DNA of 62,415 nt, filler included, from Globobulimina sp. (GCA_003354225.1; 31 parts of 31 records of this genome joined end to end with filler, not necessarily neighbours in it), one strand, 5' to 3'; numbered from the whole stretch's first letter, positions 24,214-37,101 are shown. Made by a program: numbers and translations. The notes: generated by a model from the letters alone, not told the origin.

Positions 24214-25987
24214 GAAGACGAAGATGAATACAGTTTATCCGTCTCACAAAGCCGACACAACGTGGAGCCAAAAAAGGAATCAGATTTCGCCGGCGCTACA
24301 TCCAACCCTTCCGACTACAAAGAAGTCGAAAACGAAAACGAAAGCATGAAAATCAAGGAATCTGCAGAAAAACCTAAAAAAAAGAAGGCAAGCAGCAAAT
24401 ATCACTGGGTCATCGCCGAGCATGACGTTAAAGATGTGTACCACTACTTCGACATCGAGAAAGAATTAGGTCGCGGCGCCTCTTGCCGTGTGTTGAAAGT
24501 AAAGGAGAAATCGAGCGGCAACTTCTATGCCATGAAGGAAATGCGGCGCGACGACAAATGGAATCCGATGTTGTTCGAGCAAGAGGTCAATATATTAGGC
24601 AAATTATCCGGGCATAACGCCATTTTGCATTATGAAGACTGTTGGATGGACTCTAAGAATTTCTACGTACTCACCAGTTTATGCACTGGCGGAGAATTGT
24701 TCGGTATGTAATGTAAACTAACTATGCACACACGTATCAGTACGCAAATTCGCACCCAAACCACAGATAAAATCAAGGAATTGCGGCATTTCAGTGAACG
24801 GCACGCCGCTGACGTAATGCGCACTATTTTGGACGCGATGCGTTATTGCCATGAGCGCAACATCGTGCATCGTGACCTCAAGGTTTGTTTTATTTTAAAT
24901 ATATGAACAACATTCATTAACAGTGGCCAATCGCATCGATGCGTACTGTACAGCCAGAAAACATCGTCTATGCCGACGAGAATCACGAGGAATTGGTCAT
25001 CATTGACTTTGGCGACGCGAAGGAAGTAGAGGAGCATAGCACGCACGACGACTTTGTAGGCACTGCCTTCTATTTGGCACCGGAGGCCATCCGAACGAGG
25101 GAAGGCTGGGAGTTGAAGAAATCCGACATGTGGACCATTGGCGTGATTGCCTATGTATTAGTGACTGGGCGGCCGCCTTTTTGGGGGCGCGAGAACAAGG
25201 AAATTATCCGGAAAATTGTACGCGGCAATGTACGCTTTCCGAGCACCATTAAGCTATCCGATGAATGTAAAGATTTCATCCTGAGTTTGTTGCAAAAGCC
25301 ACCGGATAAGCGCTTGTCGGCGAGCGAAGCGTTGAAACACGCCTGGATCACCGGGGAGAGCGTGAGCGCCATCGGCGAGGATGTCTTGTTCAATTTAGCT
25401 ACGTTTGGGACCAGCAACCAGTTGAAACAGTTGATTGTGAAGACCGTAGCGGCCAATTTGGACAGGAAACATAGGAAAGAGTACGAGACTCAGTTTATGA
25501 ATTTGGATTTGCAGAATGATGGGCAATTGGACGCCGAGGAGTTGCAGGCGTTTTTGGTGAAATGTGGCTAGAATCAGAACGACGCGGATGTCAAAGCCAA
25601 GAGAGTTATAAAACATATATCGGGCGATGCCTCGGTGGCCATTAGCAAACAGGACTGGAATCATTCCAATGTGGCCAAATTGCTATCCTCTGATCATCTC
25701 ATTGAGAGACAATATAAAAGTATGTGGTGCACTGTATTTATTTTAGTGTTTGTGTGTTTTCGCAAATTCGCATTGTTATTGGTTATATAGAACTGGATGT
25801 GGATGAGGATGGGTTGATATCAGCGGACGATCTGTTGTCTATATTTGAAGGGTTGTCGAGGAAGGATATTATGGATATAATTGACGAAGTGGATCTTGAT
25901 ATGGATGGCACAATAAATTTTGAGGAATTTCGAAGAGCAATGAAATTTAAGCCAGCTTATTGTGATGAGGACGAGGATGATGATTAA
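24214..25987 (+). CDS. Calcium-dependent protein kinase (CDPK-like) with EF-hands, 5' partial, in-frame TAG at 25569-25571
   Basis: LGRG, AMK, GGELF|D, HRDLK|PEN, DFG, APE; EF loops DLQNDGQLDAEE, DVDEDGLISADD, DLDMDGTINFEE. Introns 24704-24766, 24883-24953, 25720-25790. Confidence 0.9.
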
Positions 25988-26316
25988 CGAACAAATTCAA
26001 ATACATTTATAATATTCATATATAATATATACATCAGATCTGATTGACTCACCATTGAAATGAATAATTGCCTTTTTTTGTATCATAATCGCTTGTTTTT
26101 TCTTTTTTTTTATCTTAAATTTTTGATATTNNNNNNNNNNNNNNNNNNNNNNNNNNNNNNNNNNNNNNNNNNNNTTAATTAATTAANNNNNNNNNNNNNN
26201 NNNNNNNNNNNNNNNNNNNNNNNNNNNNNNCGCGGCCCTACGATGTCTCGCGTTTATCGGATAAGGAGAAATGTAGCACACAAAAAGAGTTCGAGACTGG
26301 CACCGTACCCTTTAAT

Positions 26317-28147
26317 GTGTATAAGGAATTCTTTTGGAGCGCCATTCGTGATTTTGATTATGAATCCACTTGGTTTAAAAACAAAAAATACCACAATCAA
26401 ATGCGAGAGAGCAATAAGAAGAAAAACGATAATAAAAATATAATCTATATGGTGATTACATTGATAATATTAATCATTGCGCAGATCTGCGATCCCGTGG
26501 CCGATTTGATATTAGTTATATGGGCCACCAATCAGCAAAACGAGTCGGCACCGCACCATTCCTCGTATTGGTGGATATCATTATGGTGCAGCATCATAAT
26601 AATCATTGCCGTGTTGCGCCTAATCAGTGGATTGTGTATCAGTCGATGGCTAAGCCGAGCTGCCTTTCATTTGAATATGAAAACTTTGTATTATTGTTTG
26701 CGAGCACCAATGGTTTATTATGATACTACACCAAAATCAAACATATTAAATAGATTCACAAAGGATACCAACATAATTGATATAGATATCCCTTTCGATA
26801 TTGATATATTTTCATCGCAATTTTTAATTGCAATCTCTTACATTATTATTGTGTGTATATTCATACCGCAAATGATCATAATATTCATTTGTATATCGCC
26901 CATATTTTATTATCTAATACAATCGTATCGATGCACGTACATTGAACTAGTGCGACTATGTATATTCGGATTAGATCCCATCACCTCGATTTTTAGTGAA
27001 ACTCTGATCGGATTATCTTCCATTCGCTCGTATAAATTGCAAAAATATTTCAAACAAAAGATGAATGATCGGATCACAATGTTTATCAACTTTTGGTATG
27101 TACGCAACAGTGTGTATTCCTGGTTTGACTGCTATTTGGATGTCTTAATTGATTTCATTGTGGTCACGGCCACCATTTTGGGCTTCTATGCGCGAGATTC
27201 GTTTAGTTCGCCTGCACTCGTTGCGTTTGCCATTGTTTATTTGAACATTATATCTGGACACTTACAAGTGGCAATATTGCAACTGGTATGGCTGGAATCT
27301 GAATTCGGCGCTGTTCAGAGATTGTTATGGTACCATCCATCGCAAAATAATATTATTTATGAAGCAAATCCTATTAATCCGCAGTACAAATTAGCTAATA
27401 AAGCTACGCAGAATAAATGGCCAAACAAAGGAAATATACAAATTAATGCATTGAAATTAAGATATAGAAAGAAATTGAATTATGTGCTGGATATACGTGA
27501 TGTGATAGCAATATCTGGCGGTGAAAAGGTAGGTATTTGTGGTCGAACCGGTGCTGGCAAGTCATCATTGATGGTGGCATTGTTCCGGTTGGTCGAACCT
27601 GAGTTATGTTCGTCAGTTATTATCGATGAGATTGAATGTTGTAAATTGGGTTTATTTGAACTGCGAAAGAATTTGACCATCATACCACAAGATCCTATAC
27701 TATTTATGGGCAGTTTGCGATTTAATTTAGATCCATTTGAGGAATATTGTGATGAAAAAGTATGGAATGTGTTGAAAAAATGTCAGTTGGAGTCTGTGAT
27801 AAAAATAAGAAAAGGTGGTTTAAATTGCGTAGTGTTTGAGAATGGCAGTAATTTCTCCCAGGGACAAAAACAGTTAATTTGTATTGCTCGCGCATTATTA
27901 AAAGATACCAAATGTTTATTGTTGGATGAAGCGACGAGTTCGATTGATAAATATAGTGATTATTTAATACAACAATTAATTAGAAAGCATTTTAAAAATA
28001 CGACTGTTTTATGTATTGCACATAGATTAGAGACTATCTTAGATTATGATAGAATTTTGGTATTAAAACAAGGCAAAATAGTTGAATTTGATAAGCCCCA
28101 AATCTTAATCAAAAATAAAAATGGGTTGTTCTCAAAAATGATAAATA
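26317..28147 (+). CDS. ABCC/MRP-type ABC transporter, C-terminal TMD2-NBD2
   Basis: YYDTTP..ILNRFTKD, GRTGAGKSS, IIPQDPILF, NFSQGQKQL, LLDEATSSID, IAHRL. Confidence 0.95.
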
Positions 28148-28298
28148 NNNNNNNNNNNNNNNNNNNNNNNNNNNNNNNNNNNNNNNNNNNNTTAATTAAT
28201 TAANNNNNNNNNNNNNNNNNNNNNNNNNNNNNNNNNNNNNNNNNNNNTATATTAACATAACTGACTGATTAGAATGGCTTTTTTGCAAAATACCAAAG

Positions 28299-29036
28299 TT
28301 GAATGAAGAAGTTGGCGAAGCATGTAAAGTGTTGTGGAATGAACAAAAAACGAAAGAGATATATGACAGGAGGGCTACAATGAAACTCACTGACTCCAGC
28401 GCATATTTTTGGGACAGAATCGATGAAATAATACAAACTGAATATGTTCCAAATGATGATGATATGCTGTTGCTAAATTACAGAACAACCGGAGTAGTTG
28501 AGATGAATTTGACGATACAAAAAAACATATATCATATACTGGACACTGGCGGAGAAAGGGCGGAAAGAAAGAAATGGATCCATTGTTTTGAAGGTGTGAC
28601 GGCTGTGTTGTTTGTGGTGTCTTTGTCGCAATATGACGAAGTGATGTATGAGGATGAAAGCGTGAACTGTATGGTAGATAATCTACAATTATTTGAGACT
28701 ATTTGCAATAATGATTATTTGTTTGAAAACACAACAATGATATTATTACTCAACAAAACGGATTTATTCGCCGAAAAGATACATGATAATAAACCAATCA
28801 CTCTTTGCCCAGAGTTTGTAGACTATGCAGGGAATCCAACATCATTCGATGAAACAACGTCGTATATCAAAGAAAAATTCCTGGAGAAAAATAAATCTCC
28901 AGATGATAAGACAATATTTGTTTATTTAACCTGTGCTATAGACAAGAATAACATTGAGAAGGTATTTAATGATATTGTACATACCATCACTGAGGATATT
29001 TCCATAGTTTACTCTCACTTGGATTGTTTCGATTGA
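28299..29036 (+). CDS. Heterotrimeric G-protein alpha subunit, 5' partial, atypical catalytic residues
   Basis: DSSAYF, RTTG, DTGGERAERKKWIHCFEGVTAVLFVVSLSQYD, NKTDLF, TCAID. Confidence 0.95.
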   Translation: MNEEVGEACKVLWNEQKTKEIYDRRATMKLTDSSAYFWDRIDEIIQTEYVPNDDDMLLLNYRTTGVVEMNLTIQKNIYHILDTGGERAERKKWIHCFEGVTAVLFVVSLSQYDEVMYEDESVNCMVDNLQLFETICNNDYLFENTTMILLLNKTDLFAEKIHDNKPITLCPEFVDYAGNPTSFDETTSYIKEKFLEKNKSPDDKTIFVYLTCAIDKNNIEKVFNDIVHTITEDISIVYSHLDCFD

Positions 29037-29326
29037 TTTGTATATATTGATTGTTTTTTAAATCATTTATGTTGTGTATATGTATTTTTGTGATGAATTT
29101 GTGTACACCATCTGACTCGACGAGATCACTCCTGAACTACTATTGTTGTATTCCTGTCATTTCTTAAATAAACTGCCAGTCTGCCATTGTAAATACTCAG
29201 TGATTCGGTTGGAAGCAGTTTTTCTAGAGTTTTTCTGATTGTAAATCCTAAAACATCCAAGCTCTTTCAACATTATTTGTATTTTTGTATTTCTGTATAT
29301 TTTTGTACTGAACGAATTTCAACATT

Positions 29327-30164
29327 ATGCAAGATTGTAATGAAACAGTTAATTGGATTCGTTTAACAACCTGCCCGTTACAAACTTTCTGCAAACCAAT
29401 AGTATTTGGAAAGGATGAAGGAATAATTATTGCACCACATGGGAAATGTAAATCCATCCAAATATACCACATACAAAAAAACAAGTGGACAGATTTTGTT
29501 CATTTTAAAACTCAAATTGAAATGAAATACAATACCATTGTAATGAGCCCGTTATCTAATAATACATTGTATTTATACGACGGCAAACAATATGAATTGG
29601 ATTCGATCCAGAAAACTCTAATTAAAATTAAGAAGAAAGCGTTTCAACTCGACTTAAAAAATAAAAAAGGCGCATATTTAGATTCTTGTATTCTTAATAA
29701 AGCATTCCATATTATTGGAGGTGCCAATTCATTGACGCATTTATCATGGAATATAATCACCGATTCGATTACTAATCATTCATTTTATTCTGACAATAAT
29801 AATAAACCAAACATTAAAGATTTCGGTTTGATACCGGTACAATCTACAAATAGAATTATAATGTTAGGTGGCAGAGACGACTCGAGATTTAGAGGCTATT
29901 TAAGATCCATTTATATTGCTCAATTATCACAAAATGATAATACTACATTTATTTGGTCCAAATCACAGTACGAAATGCCTCATGCAATGAGCCATTTTGG
30001 TTGCATCATAACGGACGATCAAAAATACATCATTGTGTTTGGAGGTAAAGTACATATTATTTGATAATGTATGTATATTTTTTGTTTTTTGTTTTGTGGT
30101 TGTAGGCAAAACCAAATCGAGGGGATCAATCGACGAGATTTCAATATTAAATCTTGAAACATGG
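29327..30164 (+). CDS. Kelch-like beta-propeller protein, 3' partial
   Basis: HIIGG, IIMLGG, YIIVFG|G repeats with downstream Trp; intron 30045-30105. Confidence 0.75.
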
Positions 30165-30376
30165 NNNNNNNNNNNNNNNNNNNNNNNNNNNNNNNNNNNN
30201 NNNNNNNNTTAATTAATTAANNNNNNNNNNNNNNNNNNNNNNNNNNNNNNNNNNNNNNNNNNNNGTTACTTTTTTTAAAAGTATGATGAGAAGTTACAAT
30301 TATGTTTATAATATAATACTTTTCATCAGCTTTTAGAAAACGTACCAACCCCTCTGCGACTGTCAAATATTTATAA

Positions 30377-32017
30377 TTACGTGTCGAATTTATCAATAAA
30401 AAATTTCAAATGATTTTTTAACAAAAAATGATTTTCTGTCCATCCATGTTTTTGATGATACAAATAATATTTTGCGGATTTTAGTAACATATCAATTACA
30501 TTCTTATTCCATCCCTTATTTCTATCTACATCCACCTCATTTGAATGTGCACAAATTGCTGAACAAACTCCCAATAAATGCTGCAATTTTACATAGGTTT
30601 GATGTTGCTGTTTAGCAACAATTAAATCACATAAATTATTTACCACTCTATATATATTATTTACTAATTCCTCATCGTATGCGATTTTACTCAAAGAACA
30701 AATAATTGCAAATGCACATTCATGTGTGATTTCCGTATTGTTTATCTCCTTTAAGCACTCTAACATTTTGTTAATGTGTGTCACAATTTTAGTATCTTCA
30801 TTTCCTTCAAATTGAATCATAAATTGCTTAAATTCCACGACAATCCTTAATAAAAAATTAATGATATTCGCATCATTCATATCTATTTGATTTAAAACAT
30901 TGATAATAAATTTAATGGATTTATTTTGTACATTTTGTTCCCTGTCATCACTATTAATTATATGTACCTGCTGCTCATTAAATATTTCATTTTTAAACAT
31001 CAATATTGCTGACAATATATTTATGGAATATTGTGCTGACTCAGTAATGTATACAGAGCCATCACTGACAAACATAACAATGGAATCAAACAGTTTAATA
31101 TAATTGGTTGTGTCATGAGATTTAATTATGGTATCATGACAAATTGAGAATGACCAACAAATTGTTGATATCCATTCTGATTTACTATTTGCGCATGCTT
31201 TTGACTGTAATCTGTTTATTAATATTTGAGCATTTTTAGCACACCAAATCATGGAATCGCGTATTAATTCTTGTTTATTTTTGTCGATTAAATATGAATG
31301 AACATTAGCAATGCACCACGAATATTTACCAAGTAAATTACCATTTATCTCACTGGGATTTAATTTTTTTATTATAATACAATATAAATCTTGCCAGAAA
31401 TTATAACTTTTAAGTTTTATGAAGCCAAAGCACCAAATTAATTTTCCTAATTCAGAGGCACTAAAAATATTTCTTGTGTTTATTTTTAGCGATAATTTAT
31501 TAAAATAAAATAGCAATGCTTTGGCACAAATTGACAATAAACTTTTTGACGATGCTCCATTAGATACGTATTGCTTAGCAATTGCAATGGAAATGGATAT
31601 GAATGCTCTCTTTATTTTAATAAATTCTTTATCATTTACAATACGAATGGTGCATTTTTCTATGATTCCTTTAAATATTTCTTTTTTTGATGCAATAAAT
31701 TCGATAAAATTGTTAAAATAATCTGCTTTCAGGATTTGTGTGATGACTTTACTGAGCACAATAATATCAAATTTTTTCTCTTCAAATAAAGCACAACATT
31801 TTACATATAAACTATAGCGATAATTGAGATTTGTAGGCAATATATCATGGCATTTATCGCATGTAATTAACATCAAACATACAAATTGTGGATGAATATC
31901 AGTAATACGACCGGTGTTTGGATCCATTATATAATGTACTAAATTAATAATAAATGTATTGAGTGGTTGCGATTTGTTTGATACATTTATCATTTGATTT
32001 AAAATATGATATAACAC
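30377..32017 (-). CDS. Helical-repeat protein with OPR/FASTK-like repeats, 5' partial
   Basis: FSASELGKLIWCFG, INGNLLGKYSWCIA, SKSEWISTICWSFS at roughly 39-51 aa spacing. Confidence 0.55.
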   Translation of the reverse strand: MLYHILNQMINVSNKSQPLNTFIINLVHYIMDPNTGRITDIHPQFVCLMLITCDKCHDILPTNLNYRYSLYVKCCALFEEKKFDIIVLSKVITQILKADYFNNFIEFIASKKEIFKGIIEKCTIRIVNDKEFIKIKRAFISISIAIAKQYVSNGASSKSLLSICAKALLFYFNKLSLKINTRNIFSASELGKLIWCFGFIKLKSYNFWQDLYCIIIKKLNPSEINGNLLGKYSWCIANVHSYLIDKNKQELIRDSMIWCAKNAQILINRLQSKACANSKSEWISTICWSFSICHDTIIKSHDTTNYIKLFDSIVMFVSDGSVYITESAQYSINILSAILMFKNEIFNEQQVHIINSDDREQNVQNKSIKFIINVLNQIDMNDANIINFLLRIVVEFKQFMIQFEGNEDTKIVTHINKMLECLKEINNTEITHECAFAIICSLSKIAYDEELVNNIYRVVNNLCDLIVAKQQHQTYVKLQHLLGVCSAICAHSNEVDVDRNKGWNKNVIDMLLKSAKYYLYHQKHGWTENHFLLKNHLKFFIDKFDT

Positions 32018-32280
32018 ATTTATTGTAAATAAATGATTATTGTTTTGTAGAAAGTGTTTTAATGAATTATTTTCATTTAGTTTTGTGAAAAATTGATCTA
32101 AAATCTGATTTCCATCAAAATGTCTTTGAAAATGGATAATTGAATCAAATAAACGAATAAAATGATTGGCATTGATAGCANNNNNNNNNNNNNNNNNNNN
32201 NNNNNNNNNNNNNNNNNNNNNNNNTTAATTAATTAANNNNNNNNNNNNNNNNNNNNNNNNNNNNNNNNNNNNNNNNNNNN

Positions 32281-34195
32281 TAATATTAAAATAAAAATAA
32301 TTTAATGAAATGCTCCCTGATTTACCATCACTGTCTCCGCTTTCTTCACTTTCTTGCTGACTCACATACACATCACAACATTCCTCATAAACAGACATTT
32401 TCACTGCCAAAATAATGCCATTCTCATAATTGACAGTTTCTGCGGAAAAAACAACCCAAAAATCATTTGATGTTAACGGCACAACCTGAATGTCACTGAC
32501 ATCTGAAATTTCACCCAATTCCGCAAATTTACTCGAATAATGTTGCATAATATACTCATTCACTTTGTTTTCAGTTAAAAATGTTCCTGGATTATCAATC
32601 AACGCATCGCCATTAATGTCATACACATACATCTCACCCGCAGCTAACTCGCACACTATGACACCGGATCGAGATGTCGCATAACAATCTGCGCTGTAAA
32701 TCGTATCCGCACCAAAACTAAACTCATTCACAACCACATTCCCATTCAGATCATACACCGCCGCAGACATATACCACGGACAGCAGTCATAGTCCATGCC
32801 GCCAATTTGCATGAAAAATTTGTCATATCCTGGCGTTATTATCACCGGCGAGTAGGCATCGTCCACCTTATAATTCCCGTTATAATCCACATCGAATACG
32901 TCTTTCACAATCGATATGGAAACAGATGCCGTGTTTCCATTTGTTCTTTGTACCGCAATCATGGACGCTAAGGAGTACTGCCATAATGAGGAAGAAGTGT
33001 CTTCCACGTAATTCAATAAACAAATGTCGTGCGTCGCATTAAAGCCACATGAAATGCCATACACAGAGCTACCAAATCCATCCGATCCGACATAATCAAC
33101 TTCAAAATTGATGCCATTTTCATTTAAGATATTTCCATTCGAATCAAAAATAATTACACCTGCTCGCGATGAAGATTCTCCTCTTCCAAATATAATAAAC
33201 GCGTCCGTTTGGAACAAATATGATGACGAATAATAATATAAATATAAATCAGCATCGTCAGCTATGGTCGGCGCAAATTCTTTCTTTTCATAAACATTGC
33301 TAATTGATGCACCATCAAATTCGCATAGCGTATATTTAACAATATCATCATAATCATATCGATACATGACCATAAATTGTGTAATATCTTCATATTCATC
33401 CAATTCAATCGCTTTTTTAATTACTATTTCAACGTCAGCCAAGTCGTTATTTTCATGGATATCATCGCCGGTAATATTAACAATCACGTGATTGGATACA
33501 ATATGTTTTCCATAATTGTCAAACAAATCTGTATATATCACTTTTTTCGACACTTCCATATAAACGACGAATAAATACAATTCGTTATCCTTCCACAACA
33601 TTGCTGCTTTTGGTCCACTCGAATGCAAACCCTCGCTGTCAAACAACTTGCTGTCAGAATCAATATTATCTAAGTCGACCATATCGCATATTTGTGCATC
33701 ATCAGTCAAACTCAATGAATAATCGCGCTCACAAAAATCATTAGTTTTACTCAATTCGGGCGTAGTGGGTTGTGGTGTGGGAGCAGCTGTGCCTTCAGCT
33801 GAGGTGCAGAATGTCGATTGGTCCTCGCTACAAAACCAAATATAGCAATCATAACAAAATATGGTATTACCGATTGTGGTACATCCGCAACTGTCACTGT
33901 CTGTATCATCATACGAAAAACGATATAACTCATTTTTATTCAGTACCGAGTTGTCGTCATAATATAAACAATCTGTGTTTGAATCGTAAACGGACGGTTC
34001 GACTGTGATTGTTTTTGTAGCCCACGAACCAGCTTCGATAATGAATCCGTTGATGGGATCAATAGTCTGATATTCATCATCGCTAATACCAGAACAGAAT
34101 AATGGATCTGAGCATGCATCATAATTAATTCTGTAGTACGGATCTGTGTATGTCTTGCTCCCTAATTCACGACATGTCGAATATTTAACACGTAA
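32281..34195 (-). CDS. Acidic Asp/Tyr/Cys-rich, probably extracellular protein, partial at both ends
   Basis: Frame is open across the whole contig (extends upstream of the track's 33754 start through LRVKYSTCRELG...APTPQPTTPE); ends SGDSDGKSGSISLNYFYFNI. Confidence 0.8.
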
Positions 34196-34541
34196 TNNNN
34201 NNNNNNNNNNNNNNNNNNNNNNNNNNNNNNNNNNNNNNNNTTAATTAATTAANNNNNNNNNNNNNNNNNNNNNNNNNNNNNNNNNNNNNNNNNNNNATAG
34301 AGCAGAAAATGTGCTCTGTATCAAACGCAGAAGGCGGGAAGGTGACGAAAGGATGCTTTGGACTTAGTGACTTCAAAAAAACTAGTAAGGTTTGGTTTTA
34401 AAATGCAAGTCTTCAAATATCACTGCACAGTACACAAACAAATCGGAGAAATCTGTCCATTGTGCACATTGTACACGCTCAGCGTCAGATACAAATTTAG
34501 TCAGTAAAAAGAACTTGAGTCGGACACTTGCGAAGCACTAC

Positions 34542-36101
34542 ATGTTTCTTTTTGTGTGCCTTATTCTCGTTCATATCATTGTATTTTTTGAGTACTGTTC
34601 ATCACAACATACCAACATTGGTAAATCAGTATTATTAACAGGTGCTGCCACTGACAAAGGCGCAGTGTGTTTGGACGGTTCTGCAGCCCGTTATTATATC
34701 AATACAGATGTAACTGAACCACAGAAGTTTGTAATGTTTATAGAGGGTGGTGGTTGGTGCAGTGGTTTATACACTGCAAATGGCAAAGGATTTAATGCAT
34801 GCTGGCATCGCCGTACTACAGATCGCGGTTCAACGCGGAATGACGATGAAACTCGCAATCTTAATTCAGTTGCATTTTTAGAAAATAATCAAGAAACAAA
34901 CCCACTCTTCTTTTCCTGGACTAAAATATTTGTTAGGTGTGCATTCAATTAATATTAACTTTCTTTACATTAAAATGTATCACATTAATTAAAAGGTACT
35001 GTGACGGAGCAAGCTTTTCTGGCGATGTTGAGCAACCATTACAGGATATTAACCATCCACATAAATCATTATTTTTCCGTGGAAAGCGAATCTTAGACGC
35101 AGTGTTTGAGAGTTTGATGCAAGATTATCATCTAAATAACGTAACAGGTAACAGCTCATTCATTCATTTCCCTCTATTATAAATTCTATGTTCTATATGC
35201 ATTTGATGCAGACTTTGTGTTTGGCGGTGGGAGTGCTGGTGGTTTGGCAGTATTTTTACATTCCAATTACATTGTTGATAAATATTTCGATCTAAACAAT
35301 ACAAAATTTGTGGCCTTACCTGATGTTGGTTTTTTTATTGATTATGATGATGATGAGAGACCTACAAATTATTCCGATGCAATGAAATGGATATTTAAGC
35401 ACCAAAATGTAACCTCATCATCAATATCAAGTCCATATTGCTTTGAGCATCATGCAAATGATACTTCTAAATGTATTTTCGCACAAAATATTGCCAGAGA
35501 TATAAGAATACCAACATTTGTGTTAAACAGCCAATTTGATGAATGGCAGGCAACGTATATATTAGGCACAAATGATACAAACCCAGCTTTATTAAACGAA
35601 TATGGACGAAACTTCACAAGGATTATTTTTAATGATTTCCTGTTGCAAAACCAGTACAATGGCAACATATATGGTGCCTTTATTGATTCATGCTACCATC
35701 ACGATTCTCAGAGTGTTGCGTCTTTTACGGAGTTATATATTGATAATTATACTCAGTCCAGCGCATTCAAGCAATTTTATGATTCATTGGGGATGCATAT
35801 GAATAATTATAATACAAGGAATATATGGTATGATTCGGCTGTATTCCCTTGCCATCAATGCTGCCATCAGTCCAATCATCATTGGTATCACAGCATATTT
35901 GGGACAAAGTTGCCGTCAAATATTGTTTTTGATATATTTATTGTGTGTTTGATTGTTGTGACTGGACTGTTACTCATTGGCATATTATTTTGGTGTGGAT
36001 GGTTGAAAGGATGCACTGACGTTATATGGAATGCGTGCTGTTGTGGTCGATACACTCAAATTCAACAATCCAATTGTAATGATTCCGGAGATGACAGATG
36101 A
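34542..36101 (+). CDS. Pectin acetylesterase/Notum-family carboxylesterase with signal peptide and C-terminal TM helix
   Basis: GAVCLDGS, EGGGWC, R|YCDGASFSG, FRGKRI, GGSAGG, FIDSCYHH. Introns 34937-34995 and 35148-35211. Confidence 0.93.
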
Positions 36102-37101
36102 GGGTAATCCAGAGATAGAGATTAATTCCACCGCAATACATCCACATAATATTTTGCCATAACTATTAAAAATAGATTACAATTTTGTCAAAACTACAGT
36201 TTTTTAATTCTTNNNNNNNNNNNNNNNNNNNNNNNNNNNNNNNNNNNNNNNNNNNNTTAATTAATTAANNNNNNNNNNNNNNNNNNNNNNNNNNNNNNNN
36301 NNNNNNNNNNNNCACATCATCGATAAAGCACAATTGCACGAAAATGATTAAATGAATCGTCAGAAATGTTATCTGCATTTTGTAATTAGTGTCAATTTTG
36401 TAAGCTAAGGGTATGCACTATTATAGTTTTGATATGTACATAATATTTCATTAATTTGATATTCTGTGGTTTGGAATAAGATATCTTCGTTCGATATCAT
36501 GAGGCAGTTTTTGTTTATTATGACAGAATCAAATCAAAGACTCGGTTCAACCGTCCCATAGAGGTTCGACCAAAATTTGTGCACAAGATACGCATAGGTT
36601 CAAGCACCTCAAAAGAATCAGGAAGTGCAGGAGAATCACGAATGACCCTCAAATAAGCTACCCAGGATTTGAAAAAAGTGAACACGTTCTTTGAAAGGCA
36701 GTGGCAAAATATGAGGAAAATATTGTTGATCACTGGACGCATTTGTATACAGCATCCAGCCACTGATCAACATTTATTACCACTGATTTTCACGTTTGAA
36801 TTGCTTTTGTTAGTAAGATGATCATATAATTCCGAAATATTACGATTCACAAACAGTAAACAGCGACACAACACGTTTCTCAGCAATGAGCACAATATTA
36901 TTATGAGGAACACAAAATTATGAATTATGTCAATACTTAATACTAGTTACTGCTTTCAAACATATTATCGGATTTTATGATAATGATTACATCCATATTT
37001 GTTTGTGTTTAACATACTGACACCAAAAAAAAGGAATATATTAAAACAAAACTCAAGCAGCAATGTTTAAAAATCAGTGACATGAACATTCACTACATTG
37101 A

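Noticed and set aside
20036-25571. Genome-wide stop-codon reassignment
   Set aside because: TAA, TAG and TGA all end intact genes here (e.g. small Tim TAA, helicase and PRIM2 TAG, G-alpha TGA), and the two internal stops would imply different residues.
33751-34122. Separate small ORFs or a frameshift upstream of the acidic protein
   Set aside because: The main frame is continuous to the contig edge; the track began at the first alternative start codon.
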